Assembly: GCA_963786935.1 (NCBI GenBank)
Contig: CAWBAN010000004.1
Coordinates: 1-64,000 of the forward strand
DNA from: an uncultured bacterium
GTDB lineage: Bacteria; Krumholzibacteriota; Krumholzibacteriia; Krumholzibacteriales; Krumholzibacteriaceae
Length of the DNA: 64,000 nt
Direction of reading: 5' to 3'
Every line of letters begins with the position of its first letter. Within the stretch, counting starts at the first letter, position 1. Of the stretch, positions 9,800 through 19,471 are shown in pieces. Made by a program: the position numbers and the translations under genes. The notes beneath the pieces were generated by a model. The model was given only the letters and a program-made list of their open reading frames with translations. It did not search any database and was not told the DNA's origin.

Positions 9800-11365
9800 C
9801 TACTCCTTCCTCCCCACCAGATTCTGAATCTTCTGGCTCACCGGCTGGGCACCGCTGCCGTAGTTCGAGAGCACGGCCATCGTGTAGCCCGCGTCCAGGT
9901 ACATCAGGAAGTCGGCGCTGATGCCGTTGAAGCCGCCGCCGTGGCCCACGGCCCGGCCGACGGGAGTCTCCATGATCGCGAAGCCGTAGCCGTAATCCGG
10001 CGAGCTCTTCTCCGGGTGCGCGCGCCACATTCTATCGAGCATGGCCTTCGAGACGAGCTTGCCCGAGCGCAGCGCGCGGTCGAAGGCGAGAAGGTCCTCG
10101 ACGGTCGTGTAGCCGCCCCCCGCGGGGCCGCCGCGCAGCACGTGCTGGAAGACGTTGTTGCGGTAGACGACGCCCTTCGGCCCCTGTTCCTTCTCGTAGC
10201 CGACGGCGAGGTTCTCGTTCACGAGGTCGAGCTCGTAGCAGTCGGTGTTCTTCATCCCGGCCGGGCCCGTGACGTGCGCCCGGACGTAGTCGAAGTAATC
10301 CTCCCCGCTCGCCTTCTCGACGATCGCGCCGAGGAGCAGAAGTCCCGTGTTGCTGTACGCCCATTGCGTCCCGGGCTCGAAGGCGAGCGTGTCGCCGATG
10401 ACGAGCGGCTTATAGTCATCGACCTTCCTGAAGAGGAGCCGCGAGCTCTTGTCGAACGTCTCGTTGAAATAGCTCCCGAGCCCCGAGGTGTGGGTGAGGA
10501 GCTGCTCGATCGTGACCTTGTCGAGGATCGGACGGGCGAGCCAGCTGGTATCGAGATACTTCCCTACATGATCGTCGAGAGAGAGCTTTCCCGCATCGAT
10601 GAGCTGGGCGATCGAGACCGCCGTGAGCATCTTATACATCGAGCCTGTGTTGAACTTCGTGTCGAGCCGCACGGGCATCATGCAGTCGCGGTTCGCGACG
10701 CCGACCGCCTTCGTGTAGATCGCCTTCCCGTCCTTTGCGAGGAGCACGGTGCCGCTGAACGCGTCGTGCGCCGAGAGACGGTCGACGTATGCGCCGAGCT
10801 GCTTCACGATCTCGGCCTCCGTGAGCGGCTTCTCGGGCGGAACGTCCGTTGGTATGAGCGCCGGCGCGAATCTGAAACTCGCGAATCTGAAACTCGCGAC
10901 GCGGTAAGGCGCCGCCTCCTCGACGTCGACCACGACCGCCACCCACGCCTCGGTGAGGCGGTCCTTCGCGATGATCACGGCGTTTGTGGCCGGACGCGGC
11001 GGGTCATAGGTGCGCGCGCCGTGGACGTCATAGCCCTCGCTCCGCGCGCGGATGTCGGCGACTAACTGGAGGTGCTCCTCGATCGGCGCCATGTCCCTGA
11101 ATTTCTGCGTGCAATTCTGGAGAATGTACGCGCGCACCGCGGCCGTGTCCCCCTTGTTCACAAGGTCCACGATCTCGAGGGCCCGCTTGCAGGCGGGGGT
11201 GTCGGGGATCTTCGCGCTGTCCTTGTACGCCGGCGCCTGCTGGGCGAGGGCGGGCGCGCCGATGAACGAGAAATGCGCGGAGGGGGCGAAGGGCGCGAGC
11301 GGCGCGAGCCCCGCGCATAGCATCGTTGCGATTGCGAGCACGAATGTGAGCCGGCCGATTCTCAT
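9800..11365 (-). CDS. Exported serine hydrolase (beta-lactamase class C/S12 family), copy 2
   Basis: Near-identical paralogue of 7628-9184 with the same motifs; in-frame 15-nt tandem duplication at 10866-10895 (ASFRFASFRF). Confidence 0.9.
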   Translation of the reverse strand: MRIGRLTFVLAIATMLCAGLAPLAPFAPSAHFSFIGAPALAQQAPAYKDSAKIPDTPACKRALEIVDLVNKGDTAAVRAYILQNCTQKFRDMAPIEEHLQLVADIRARSEGYDVHGARTYDPPRPATNAVIIAKDRLTEAWVAVVVDVEEAAPYRVASFRFASFRFAPALIPTDVPPEKPLTEAEIVKQLGAYVDRLSAHDAFSGTVLLAKDGKAIYTKAVGVANRDCMMPVRLDTKFNTGSMYKMLTAVSIAQLIDAGKLSLDDHVGKYLDTSWLARPILDKVTIEQLLTHTSGLGSYFNETFDKSSRLLFRKVDDYKPLVIGDTLAFEPGTQWAYSNTGLLLLGAIVEKASGEDYFDYVRAHVTGPAGMKNTDCYELDLVNENLAVGYEKEQGPKGVVYRNNVFQHVLRGGPAGGGYTTVEDLLAFDRALRSGKLVSKAMLDRMWRAHPEKSSPDYGYGFAIMETPVGRAVGHGGGFNGISADFLMYLDAGYTMAVLSNYGSGAQPVSQKIQNLVGRKE

Positions 11366-11540
11366 CGGGATCCTCCTCGAGTGATAGATTGCAGGATTAT
11401 ACCCCGCGGTCGCTTCCGAGGTGCCGAAAATACGCCGCCCGATAACCGCTCTTGATGAAATGCGTTGCGATGGTGTAAAATAGAGGGACCTCAGGGAACT
11501 ATCAGCGATTTCGGGCCGCCGCAGCGAAGGAGGTCTCGCC

Positions 11541-12008
11541 ATGACCGCCGCGCGCCAATCGTGCCTGCCGCTCGTGCTTCTGCTCGCCCTGCTCGCCGCC
11601 GGCTCGCTTGCGTGCTCGTCGGCGCAGCAGCTCTACCCCGGCCCCGAACGATCCCCCGCCGACGTGGCGGTGCTCTCGCTTCCGAAGTCCACGATGGAAT
11701 CGTTGAAGGCGGAGGACGGCTCGCTGGTCGCCGGGAAAGACGCGCTCTCCGGCGGGGGCCGCATCTTCATCCTGCCGGGAAGCTATGTCCTCGAAGGCAC
11801 CGTGTTCGCCGAGGTCGCGACGGGCCAAACCGGCCCCGTGGATCGTCTGGAAACCGCACCGACCCAACATATGCCCGGCTTGATGCCCGCCCGCTGCCGC
11901 CTGCGATTCACCGCGGAGGCGGGGAAGGAATACGTCGTCACGGGATTCAATTCTCTGCAGATCCTGGATAAATCGACCGGCAAGGTAGTGTGCCGCTGCG
12001 AGGAATAG
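11541..12008 (+). CDS. Putative lipoprotein
   Basis: RBS AGGAGG; hydrophobic signal with lipobox SLA-C followed by QLYPGPER. Confidence 0.7.
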   Translation: MTAARQSCLPLVLLLALLAAGSLACSSAQQLYPGPERSPADVAVLSLPKSTMESLKAEDGSLVAGKDALSGGGRIFILPGSYVLEGTVFAEVATGQTGPVDRLETAPTQHMPGLMPARCRLRFTAEAGKEYVVTGFNSLQILDKSTGKVVCRCEE

Positions 12009-12082
12009 GCGCCTCGCCGGACACCGGCTCCACGGGGAGCCGGCGGCCGGCGAATGCCTGTTTCGTCGTCGATCGGGATCCG

Positions 12083-13474
12083 TCAGTTTCCCGAGCGCGG
12101 GGCGCTCCCCGCCCCGCAGCCGGTTTCCGCGCTGGCGGCGGGCGGCTTCCCGAGGCGCTCCCTCGAAAGCATATGGTCGAGGTCGGCGACCCCGAGCGCG
12201 CCGACGGCGATCACCGTCGCCGAACGCTCGAGGTACCGCGGAACGATCGCCTCGTACGTGTCCCTGTCGGTATGGGCCGGATAGAGAACGGTCGAATCCC
12301 CATCCTGAACATAGAAGAAGGAGGGAATCCCTGCCTTGAGGAACGGGGCGTGGTCGCTGCTTCCCACGACCCTGATGGCCTTCACGGAATCGCCGCCGGC
12401 TCCGAGCGGGCTCGGCATGCGCATGCCGGGATCGCTCTCCACGGCTCCTCCGCATCCCCCCGTAACGATCGCCCTCCCGAGCGAATCGCGCCCCGCCATG
12501 ACGTCGCTCATGGAGATGCCGAGCTCCTCGAGGGTCTTATCGACCGGCTCGACGGTCCCGTCCTTCATCCGGCGCATGACCCTCACGGCTCCGCCGCACC
12601 CCGCCTTCGCGGCCCCGATTCCGCACCCGCGGGCGCAGAGGTCGGGATCCGCGGCGGGCAGGTAATCGACCGTCTCGACGCGGAACGGCATCTTCGGGTC
12701 CAGACTCGCGACGGGCTCGAAGATCGCCTCCATGTCGCTCCGCATCGGCGCGGTCGCCCTGATCCGGGAGACGAAGTCGGTGCCGTTGTCCATGTTGAAC
12801 ATCGCCGAGATCTTCGGGAGCAGCTCCGGATGAGCCGCGACGTAGCCCCGCGAGCCGACGAGCCCCGTTTCCTCCCCTGCGAAGAGAATGAACCGGATCG
12901 TCCGCTCGGGCCTCACGCCCGATTTCGCGAGGATGCGCGCGGCTTCCATGACGGCGGCCGCGCCCGCCGCGTTGTCCAGGGCCCCCGTGCCGAGGGGGGT
13001 CGAGTCGATGTGCGCCCCCACGATGACGTACTGGTCGGGCCACCGGGCGCCGGGGATATCGGCCACGACGTTCGTGATCGGCCTCCCCTCGTTGAACGCC
13101 GACTCGTCGATGGTCCTCGGCGATGAGCCGCTCGTCTCGCCCGCCTGCGCCGGCACGACGAGCGTGCCCGAGATGAGCGCCTCCGTCGATCCGCAATCCT
13201 CGAGATGAACGTTTGTGAGCCCGTATTTCTCGAACTCCCGGAGCGCCCATTCGCAGGCCTTCTCGTGCGCCTTCGAGCCCGCGGGGCGGGGCCCGATCCG
13301 GCAGAGATCGAGGGCGTGCTCGGCGGCCCGGTTGTCCTCGCGCGCGGCCTCCAGAACGCGGTCCACCGGCTTCTTCCGCGCCGCCGCGGTTCCCGCGATC
13401 ACGCAAACCCCGGCGACCGCCACCGAAAGCCCGACGGCGAGCGCCGCCGCGGCAAATCTGTTCGAACCGAACAT
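12083..13474 (-). CDS. Exported M28 family metallopeptidase (carboxypeptidase Q/aminopeptidase-like)
   Basis: Signal peptide; VIVGAHIDS, GALDNAAG, FAGEETGLVGS, NMD, SSDHAPF, HT..D. Confidence 0.88.
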   Translation of the reverse strand: MFGSNRFAAAALAVGLSVAVAGVCVIAGTAAARKKPVDRVLEAAREDNRAAEHALDLCRIGPRPAGSKAHEKACEWALREFEKYGLTNVHLEDCGSTEALISGTLVVPAQAGETSGSSPRTIDESAFNEGRPITNVVADIPGARWPDQYVIVGAHIDSTPLGTGALDNAAGAAAVMEAARILAKSGVRPERTIRFILFAGEETGLVGSRGYVAAHPELLPKISAMFNMDNGTDFVSRIRATAPMRSDMEAIFEPVASLDPKMPFRVETVDYLPAADPDLCARGCGIGAAKAGCGGAVRVMRRMKDGTVEPVDKTLEELGISMSDVMAGRDSLGRAIVTGGCGGAVESDPGMRMPSPLGAGGDSVKAIRVVGSSDHAPFLKAGIPSFFYVQDGDSTVLYPAHTDRDTYEAIVPRYLERSATVIAVGALGVADLDHMLSRERLGKPPAASAETGCGAGSAPRSGN

Positions 13475-13571
13475 TGTCTGGCTCCTTTCCCCGGGAAGCG
13501 GTATCCCCCCGGTTCCTGTGCGATCGAGGCGTCGTGGGCGCCGTTCACCCCTTATACCGCGGGGCGGTGAA

Positions 13572-13592
13572 ATAGTTGCATCGCGCAACTAA
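13572..13592. promoter_or_regulatory. Palindromic operator ATAGTTGC-N5-GCAACTAA upstream of the M28 gene (probable MarR site)
   Basis: Inverted repeat; the same motif recurs upstream of marR at 14153-14173. Confidence 0.7.
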
Positions 13593-13637
13593 TTTTTCGC
13601 GGGTTCTCGGCGCCCGGAGCGCGGAGCCGTTATGCGG

Positions 13638-14120
13638 TCAGGAGTATTTTCGGGAGACCATTCGCGCGACGCGCCCGATGAGCCGGGCCGCGACGCGTCG
13701 CGAAGCGGGGGGAAGATCGCGCGCGAGACGCTCCATTTCGATCTCGTCCTCGCGTTCCATGCGCGCGAGCAGCTCCCGCCCCTTCCGCGTCGGCGAAAGC
13801 ACTCGCGCCCGGCCGTCCTCCGGCGTGGCGGTCCGCCGCACGTAGCCGAGGCGCTCGAGAGAGGCGGCGATCCGGCTCGCCGTGCTCTTGTCGAGCGACA
13901 GCTCCCGGGCGAGATCGTTCTGGGTCATGCGGCCGCGCCGCACGATCGCGGCGAGGGCGTAGCTCTGCGTGACGGAAACGCCGTGGCAGCAGACGCGCGT
14001 GCGATCGCGAAACATGACGGCGCGGGCGAGATCGGTTACGGCGCGCCTGAGGGCGCGCGCATCCGCCCCGGGCGCCGCTTCCGCGCTCATCCTGCCGGTC
14101 TTCGTATTCCGTGGAGCCAT
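13638..14120 (-). CDS. MarR family transcriptional regulator with CC motif (start uncertain: 14120 or 14090)
   Basis: RVCCHGVSVTQSYAL, MTQNDLARELSLDKSTASR..LERLGYVRR...EDGRARVLSPT.KG. Confidence 0.9.
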   Translation of the reverse strand: MAPRNTKTGRMSAEAAPGADARALRRAVTDLARAVMFRDRTRVCCHGVSVTQSYALAAIVRRGRMTQNDLARELSLDKSTASRIAASLERLGYVRRTATPEDGRARVLSPTRKGRELLARMEREDEIEMERLARDLPPASRRVAARLIGRVARMVSRKYS

Positions 14121-14152
14121 GGGCGCGCCTCCCGCCGCGATCCGCCCGTCGA

Positions 14153-14173
14153 ATAGTTGCCTGATGCAACTAT
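14153..14173. promoter_or_regulatory. Perfect palindromic operator ATAGTTGC-N5-GCAACTAT upstream of marR
   Basis: 8-bp perfect inverted repeat in the marR promoter region. Confidence 0.72.
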
Positions 14174-14352
14174 ATAACGTTCCCGGCTCGATTGTCAACG
14201 GTACTTATGCCCTTTTAAACCGCGCGGCTCTCTGATAAGATTATTGGAGCTATTTCATAATTATTGCAATGTATCACGAGTGGCACGGTGGGCCTGCGAG
14301 CCGGATACCGCAAGGCCGTGCGCGGCCGGATCGCAACGAAGGAGGAGCGTTC

Positions 14353-16819
14353 ATGAGCAGATTCCCGAACGCAATGCTTCCTTCGACCGTATTATTCGCT
14401 CGACCGCGTGCATCATCGTCGCCGCCTCGCCGGCGCTCCGCGCCTGGTGGGTGCCGGACGGCGGGCCGATCTGCCACGTGGGGCAGGACGTGCAGACGAA
14501 TCCCCGAGGTATGCTCGGACGGCATGGGGGGCGCGTTCATCGTATGGGACGACAGCTACGCGTTGACGACTGGAACATTACGCTCAGCGGGTGAACGCAT
14601 CGGGAAGATACATGTGGGACCAGCGAGGGCGTCCGACGTTTGCTGGGCGACCCGATGACCAGCACACTCCCGTGGCCATTCCCGGACGGCGCGGGGGGGC
14701 GTATCGTCGGTCTGGCAGGACGGGCGGAACGGAGATTTCGATATCTACATCAGCGCTTGGCCTCGAACGCTCGGGACAGTCGACGTGGGTGATGATCGGC
14801 GTGCCTATCTGCAACGGCGGCGCGGGACCAGGAGACGCCGTGCATCATCCCCGACGGCTCGGGCGGCGCCATCGTCATGTGGCAGGACAATCGGTGCCTG
14901 CGCTAACGACATCTACGTCAGCGGGTGAACGCCGCGGGAGTCGCCGTGTGGACGGCGGACGGCGTGGCGATCTGCGCGGCGGCGGGGAACCAGACGAAAC
15001 GCCAGGCGGCTCCGACGGCACGGGCGGGGCGATCGTCACGTGGACGGCGATTGCGAACCGGCGTTTACGACATCTATACGCAGCGGGTGGATAGCAGCGG
15101 AATAGCGCGCTGGACAGTGAACGGCGCGGCTCTGTGCACGGCCGACGGGCGGCCAGTCGCCCCGGCGATCGCAGCGGACGGCGCGGGCGGGCGCGATCGT
15201 CGCGTGGAGGGACCAGCGCGCGCACGATAACGTCTATGCCCAGCGGGTAAACGCTTCCGGAACGGCGCAATGGACGGCGAACGGAATTCCCGTTTACTCG
15301 ACGAGCAAGCTTATCAGGGGTCTGCCGCAAATCGTTTCCGACGGCGCGCACGGCGCGGTCATCGTCATGGGAGGAAACCCGAGAAGGCGAACGGCATGTA
15401 TGCACAACGCCTGAATGCGTCGGGAGCTCTTCAATGGCGGCCGGCGGCGTCGCCATGGCCGAAGGGCTGGCCTAATATGACGACTCCAACAGCATCTCCC
15501 GACGGTTCGGGCGGATTGATCGTCTCGTGGATGGATTACATCGCGGGGGCAGTACGATCTCTTCGCCCAGAGGATCACCGTCTCCGGAACTGTGCCGTGG
15601 GGACAGACGCCGGAGACCGTCTCGCCGCGATCGACGATCAGAGGGATGCCTCGATCGCGCCGGACGGCACGGGCGGGGCGATCATAGCGTGGCAGGATTC
15701 GCGGAACGGGAACTTCGATGTCTACGCCCAGCTCATTGATTCCAAAGGAAGGCCCGGCTGGCTCGGGCCCGATATCGCCTCCGTTGACGACGTGCCCGGG
15801 GACCAGGGGGGGAGGGTCTATCTCTCGTGGTACGCGGCTCGCGCCGATCGATCCATGGATGAGGAGATGTCCTACTACTCGATCTGGCGCTCGATCGACG
15901 CCGCGCAGGCCGCGCTCGCGGTTCGTGCCGGCGCATCGCGAGATCGGATCTCTCGCGGAGTTCGAGCCGTCGTTCCGTCCGGCGCGCGGCTGGCCGCGAG
16001 CTCGTGCGCGTCGTGGGAGGCCGGAGCGCTCATCCGACTTCTGGGAGCTCATCGACACGCATGAGGCGCTCTACATGGAAGGGTACGCGAAGCCGGAGGC
16101 CACGCTCTTCGACTCGACGGCCTACTGCGACAATTATCATTACTTCCAGGTGGTGGCGCACACGACCGACCCGAGGGTGTTCTGGAAATCCGCGCCCGAC
16201 AGCGGCCGCTCGGTCGACAACCTCCCGCCCGGCGCGCCGGCCGGCCTCGCGGGGGAGCGCAATGTCGCGCCCTTCGGCCTCGAGCTCACATGGGATCCGA
16301 ACGCGGAGAGCGACTTCTTGTCCTACGCGCTGTATCGCGGGCTCTCCGAGGATTTCGTTCCGGGCGCGGAGAATCTCGTCGGCCAGATCGACGAGACCGA
16401 GTACTTCGACGGCGAATGGAACTGGGGCGCGGGCTACTACTACAAGCTCTCGGCCTTCGACATCAACGGCAACGAGAGCGCATTTTGCTCTTCTCGGCCG
16501 GATGGCATCACGGGGGACGAGACGCCGACGGGCCCCGGCCGCGAGCTTCCTCGCCCAGAACTTCCCGAATCCTTTCAATCCGACGACGCGGATCGTCTTC
16601 GGGCTCGCGGCGCCGGCTGAACGTGTCGCTGCGAATCTACGACGCGGCGGGCCGCCTCGTGCGCGTGCTCGCCGAGGGCGCGCGCCCCGCGGGAAATTAC
16701 TCGGAGCTCTGGGACGGCCGGGACTCTCGGGCGGCCGCGCCGTCTCGAGCGGGATATATTTCTACCGGCTCACGGCGGGGACATTCAACGAAACAAGCAA
16801 AATGGCTCTGCTCAGATGA
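14353..16819 (+). CDS. Secreted repeat (DGxGGAIxxWxD..YAQR, propeller-like) protein with FN3-like and FlgD-Ig/T9SS-type CTD; heavily frameshifted paralogue 1
   Basis: RBS GGAGGAG; repeats DGTGGAIIAWQDSRNGNFDVYAQ; DVPGDQGG; SVDNLPP; LAQNFPNPFNP...KMALLR. Confidence 0.8.
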
Positions 16820-16893
16820 TGCGTCCGCCGGTTATCCAATACCGGGAGACTGTGCATTGCCGGGGCCCTGTTGTGCACGAAGGAGGATCGTTC

Positions 16894-19332
16894 ATGAGCA
16901 GATTCCCGAAGGCAGTGTTCCGCTGATCACGGGCACTGTCGCCGCGTGCATACATTGTCGTCGCCGCACCTGCGCTCCGCGCCTACTGGATTCCGGACGG
17001 GGCGCCGATCTGCACGATATCCGGCCCCCAGCAGTCTCCGGAAGCGACCACCGACGGCGCGGGCGGAGCGATCATCGTATGGCACGACTATTACAGCGGC
17101 AACTGGGACATCTTCGTGCAGCGGGTGAGCGCTTCGGGGAATCCTCTGTGGACCAGTAACGGCGTCGCCATCTGCACGCAGGCGAACCAGCAGTATTCGC
17201 CCGTCATCGAATCCGACGGCGCGGGCGGGGCGATTATCGCCTGGTATGACGCGCGCAGCGGGAACGACGACATGTACGCTCAGCGCGTGAACGCCGCGGG
17301 CGCCGTTCAGTGGACGGCGAACGGCGTGGCGCTCTGCACGGCGGCGGGGAGCCAGCAGCGCCCGCGTATCGTTTCCGACGGCGCGGGCGGGGCGATCGTC
17401 GCATGGCACGACTACCGCAACGGAAACGATCTCGATGTCTATGCGCAGCGGATCAATGCCTCGGGTGTCGTTCAGTGGACTGTCAACGGCGTGCCGCTCA
17501 CGACGGCGGCGGCGAGTCAGTCCAATCCCATCGCGGTATCCGACGGCGCGGGTGGTGTGATCGTCGCATGGGAAGATCGTCGCAGCGGAAGCAACCTCGA
17601 TATCTACGTGCAGAGGGTGGACATAAACGGATCCGCGAGCTGGACGGCGAACGGCGTGGCGCTCTGCACGAATACCGACGATCAGCTCGATCCCGTCATC
17701 GCCGGGGACGGAGCGGGGGGCGCGATCGTCGCGTGGAGGGACCTGCGCGGCACCTACGATAATGTCTATGCTCAGCGGATTAACGCCGCGGGGACGGTTC
17801 AATGGACCGCGAATGGAGTCGCCGCGCGCGCCTCGGCCTACTTTCAAGCTAATCCGCAGATCGCCTCCGACGGGGCCGGCGGCGCGATTATCTGCTGGCA
17901 GGAAAACCGAAGCACCTTCGATGTCTACGGCCAGCGGTTGAGCGCGTCGGGAGCCGGTCTATGGGGGAGCGGCGGGGTTGCCCTGAGCACGGGGCTCGGA
18001 AGCATCAACGATCTGTACGGCTGCCCGGACGGTTCGGGCGGGATGATCGCTTCGTGGTATGAATCTATCGGGGGATCCTACGATGTCTTCGCCCAGAGGG
18101 TGAGTGTCTCCGGCGCCCTTCCGTGGGGATCCGCGAAGACGCCCGTTTGCACCGCGATCGATAATCAGATGTATCCATCGCCCGCTCCCGACGGAACGGG
18201 AGGGGCGATCGTCGCGTGGCACGATTATCGAAGCGGCGATGTCAATATCTACGCCCAGCTCGTGGACGCAGCCGGGCGTGCCGCCTGGCTCGCGCCCGAT
18301 ATCGCCGCCGTCCACGACGTGCCCGGCGATCAGGGGGGTCAGGTGTTCCTCTCGTGGGACGCGGCGCGCGCCGACCGCTTCATGGACGCGGCGATGTCCC
18401 ATTACTCGATCTGGCGCTCGATCGACGCCGGTCAGGCCGCGCTCGCGGTTGAGAAGGGCGCATCGGAGATCGGATCGCTCGCGGAACTCGATGCGTCGGC
18501 GCCGCTCGGCGTCGACCCGGTCATTCGCGTCGAGGAGACGGGAACGCTCACGATCTACTGGCAGCTCGTCGGCACGCACGACGCGCTCTACATGGAAGGC
18601 TACGGCTCCCCGGTGGCCACGCTCTTCGACTCGTCGGCCGCGTGCAGCGACCCTCACTACTTCCAGGTGGTGGCGCACACGACCAATCCGCAGGTGTTCT
18701 GGAAATCCGATGCGGCAAGCGGCTGGTCCGTGGACAATCTCGCCCCCTGCCCGCCGGTCGGGTTCGTGGGGGAGCGGAGCGTAGCTCCTTTCGGCCTCGA
18801 TCTCACGTGGGAGCCGAACACGGAGGGCGACTTCTCGTGCTATGCGTTGTATCGCGGGCTCTCCACCGGCTTCGTCCCGGGCGCGGGGAATCTCGTCGGC
18901 CGGCTCGACGAGACCGAGTACTTCGACGGCGAATGGAACTGGGGCGCGGGCTACTTCTACAAGCTCTCGGCCTTCGACATCAACGGCAACGAGAGCGCGT
19001 TCTCGCTCTTCTCGACCGACAACATCACAGGGGACGAGACGCCGGCGGCGCCCGGCGCAAGCTACCTCGCCCAGAATTTCCCGAATCCCTTCAACCCGAC
19101 GACGAGGATCGCCTTCGGCCTCGCGGCGCCCGCGAACGTCTCGCTGCGAATCTATGACGCAGCGGGCCGCCTCGTGCGTGTGCTCGCCGAGGGCGCGCGC
19201 CCCGCGGGCAATTACTCCGAGTTCTGGGACGGCCGGGACTCTCGAGGCGCCGCCGTCGCGAGCGGGATCTATTTCTATCGGCTGACGGCGGGAACATTCA
19301 CAGAGACGAGGAAGATGGCGCTGCTCCGCTGA
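16894..19332 (+). CDS. Secreted propeller-repeat/FN3/CTD protein, paralogue 2 (frameshift in the signal region near 16950)
   Basis: Same start as paralogue 1 (MSRFP); about 7 DGAGGAI..W repeats; CTD QNFPNPFNP...LLR. Confidence 0.88.
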
Positions 19333-19471
19333 TCCCGTCGAAGCCGCCTCTGTGCCCCATGGCGCGGCCGGCCGGCGTCTCAACGCCGTTTATGTTTATT
19401 TCGCCTCGGAAGTATGCTATGATTCCTCTTATTCCACTCCAATCGAGGCGGATAAAATAAGGAGGCGGTCC

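Noticed and set aside
7628..11365. Antibiotic-resistance beta-lactamases
   Set aside because: The SxxK/YxN fold is shared by many S12 peptidases and esterases; the extra N-terminal domain and GHGG motif do not support a true AmpC call.
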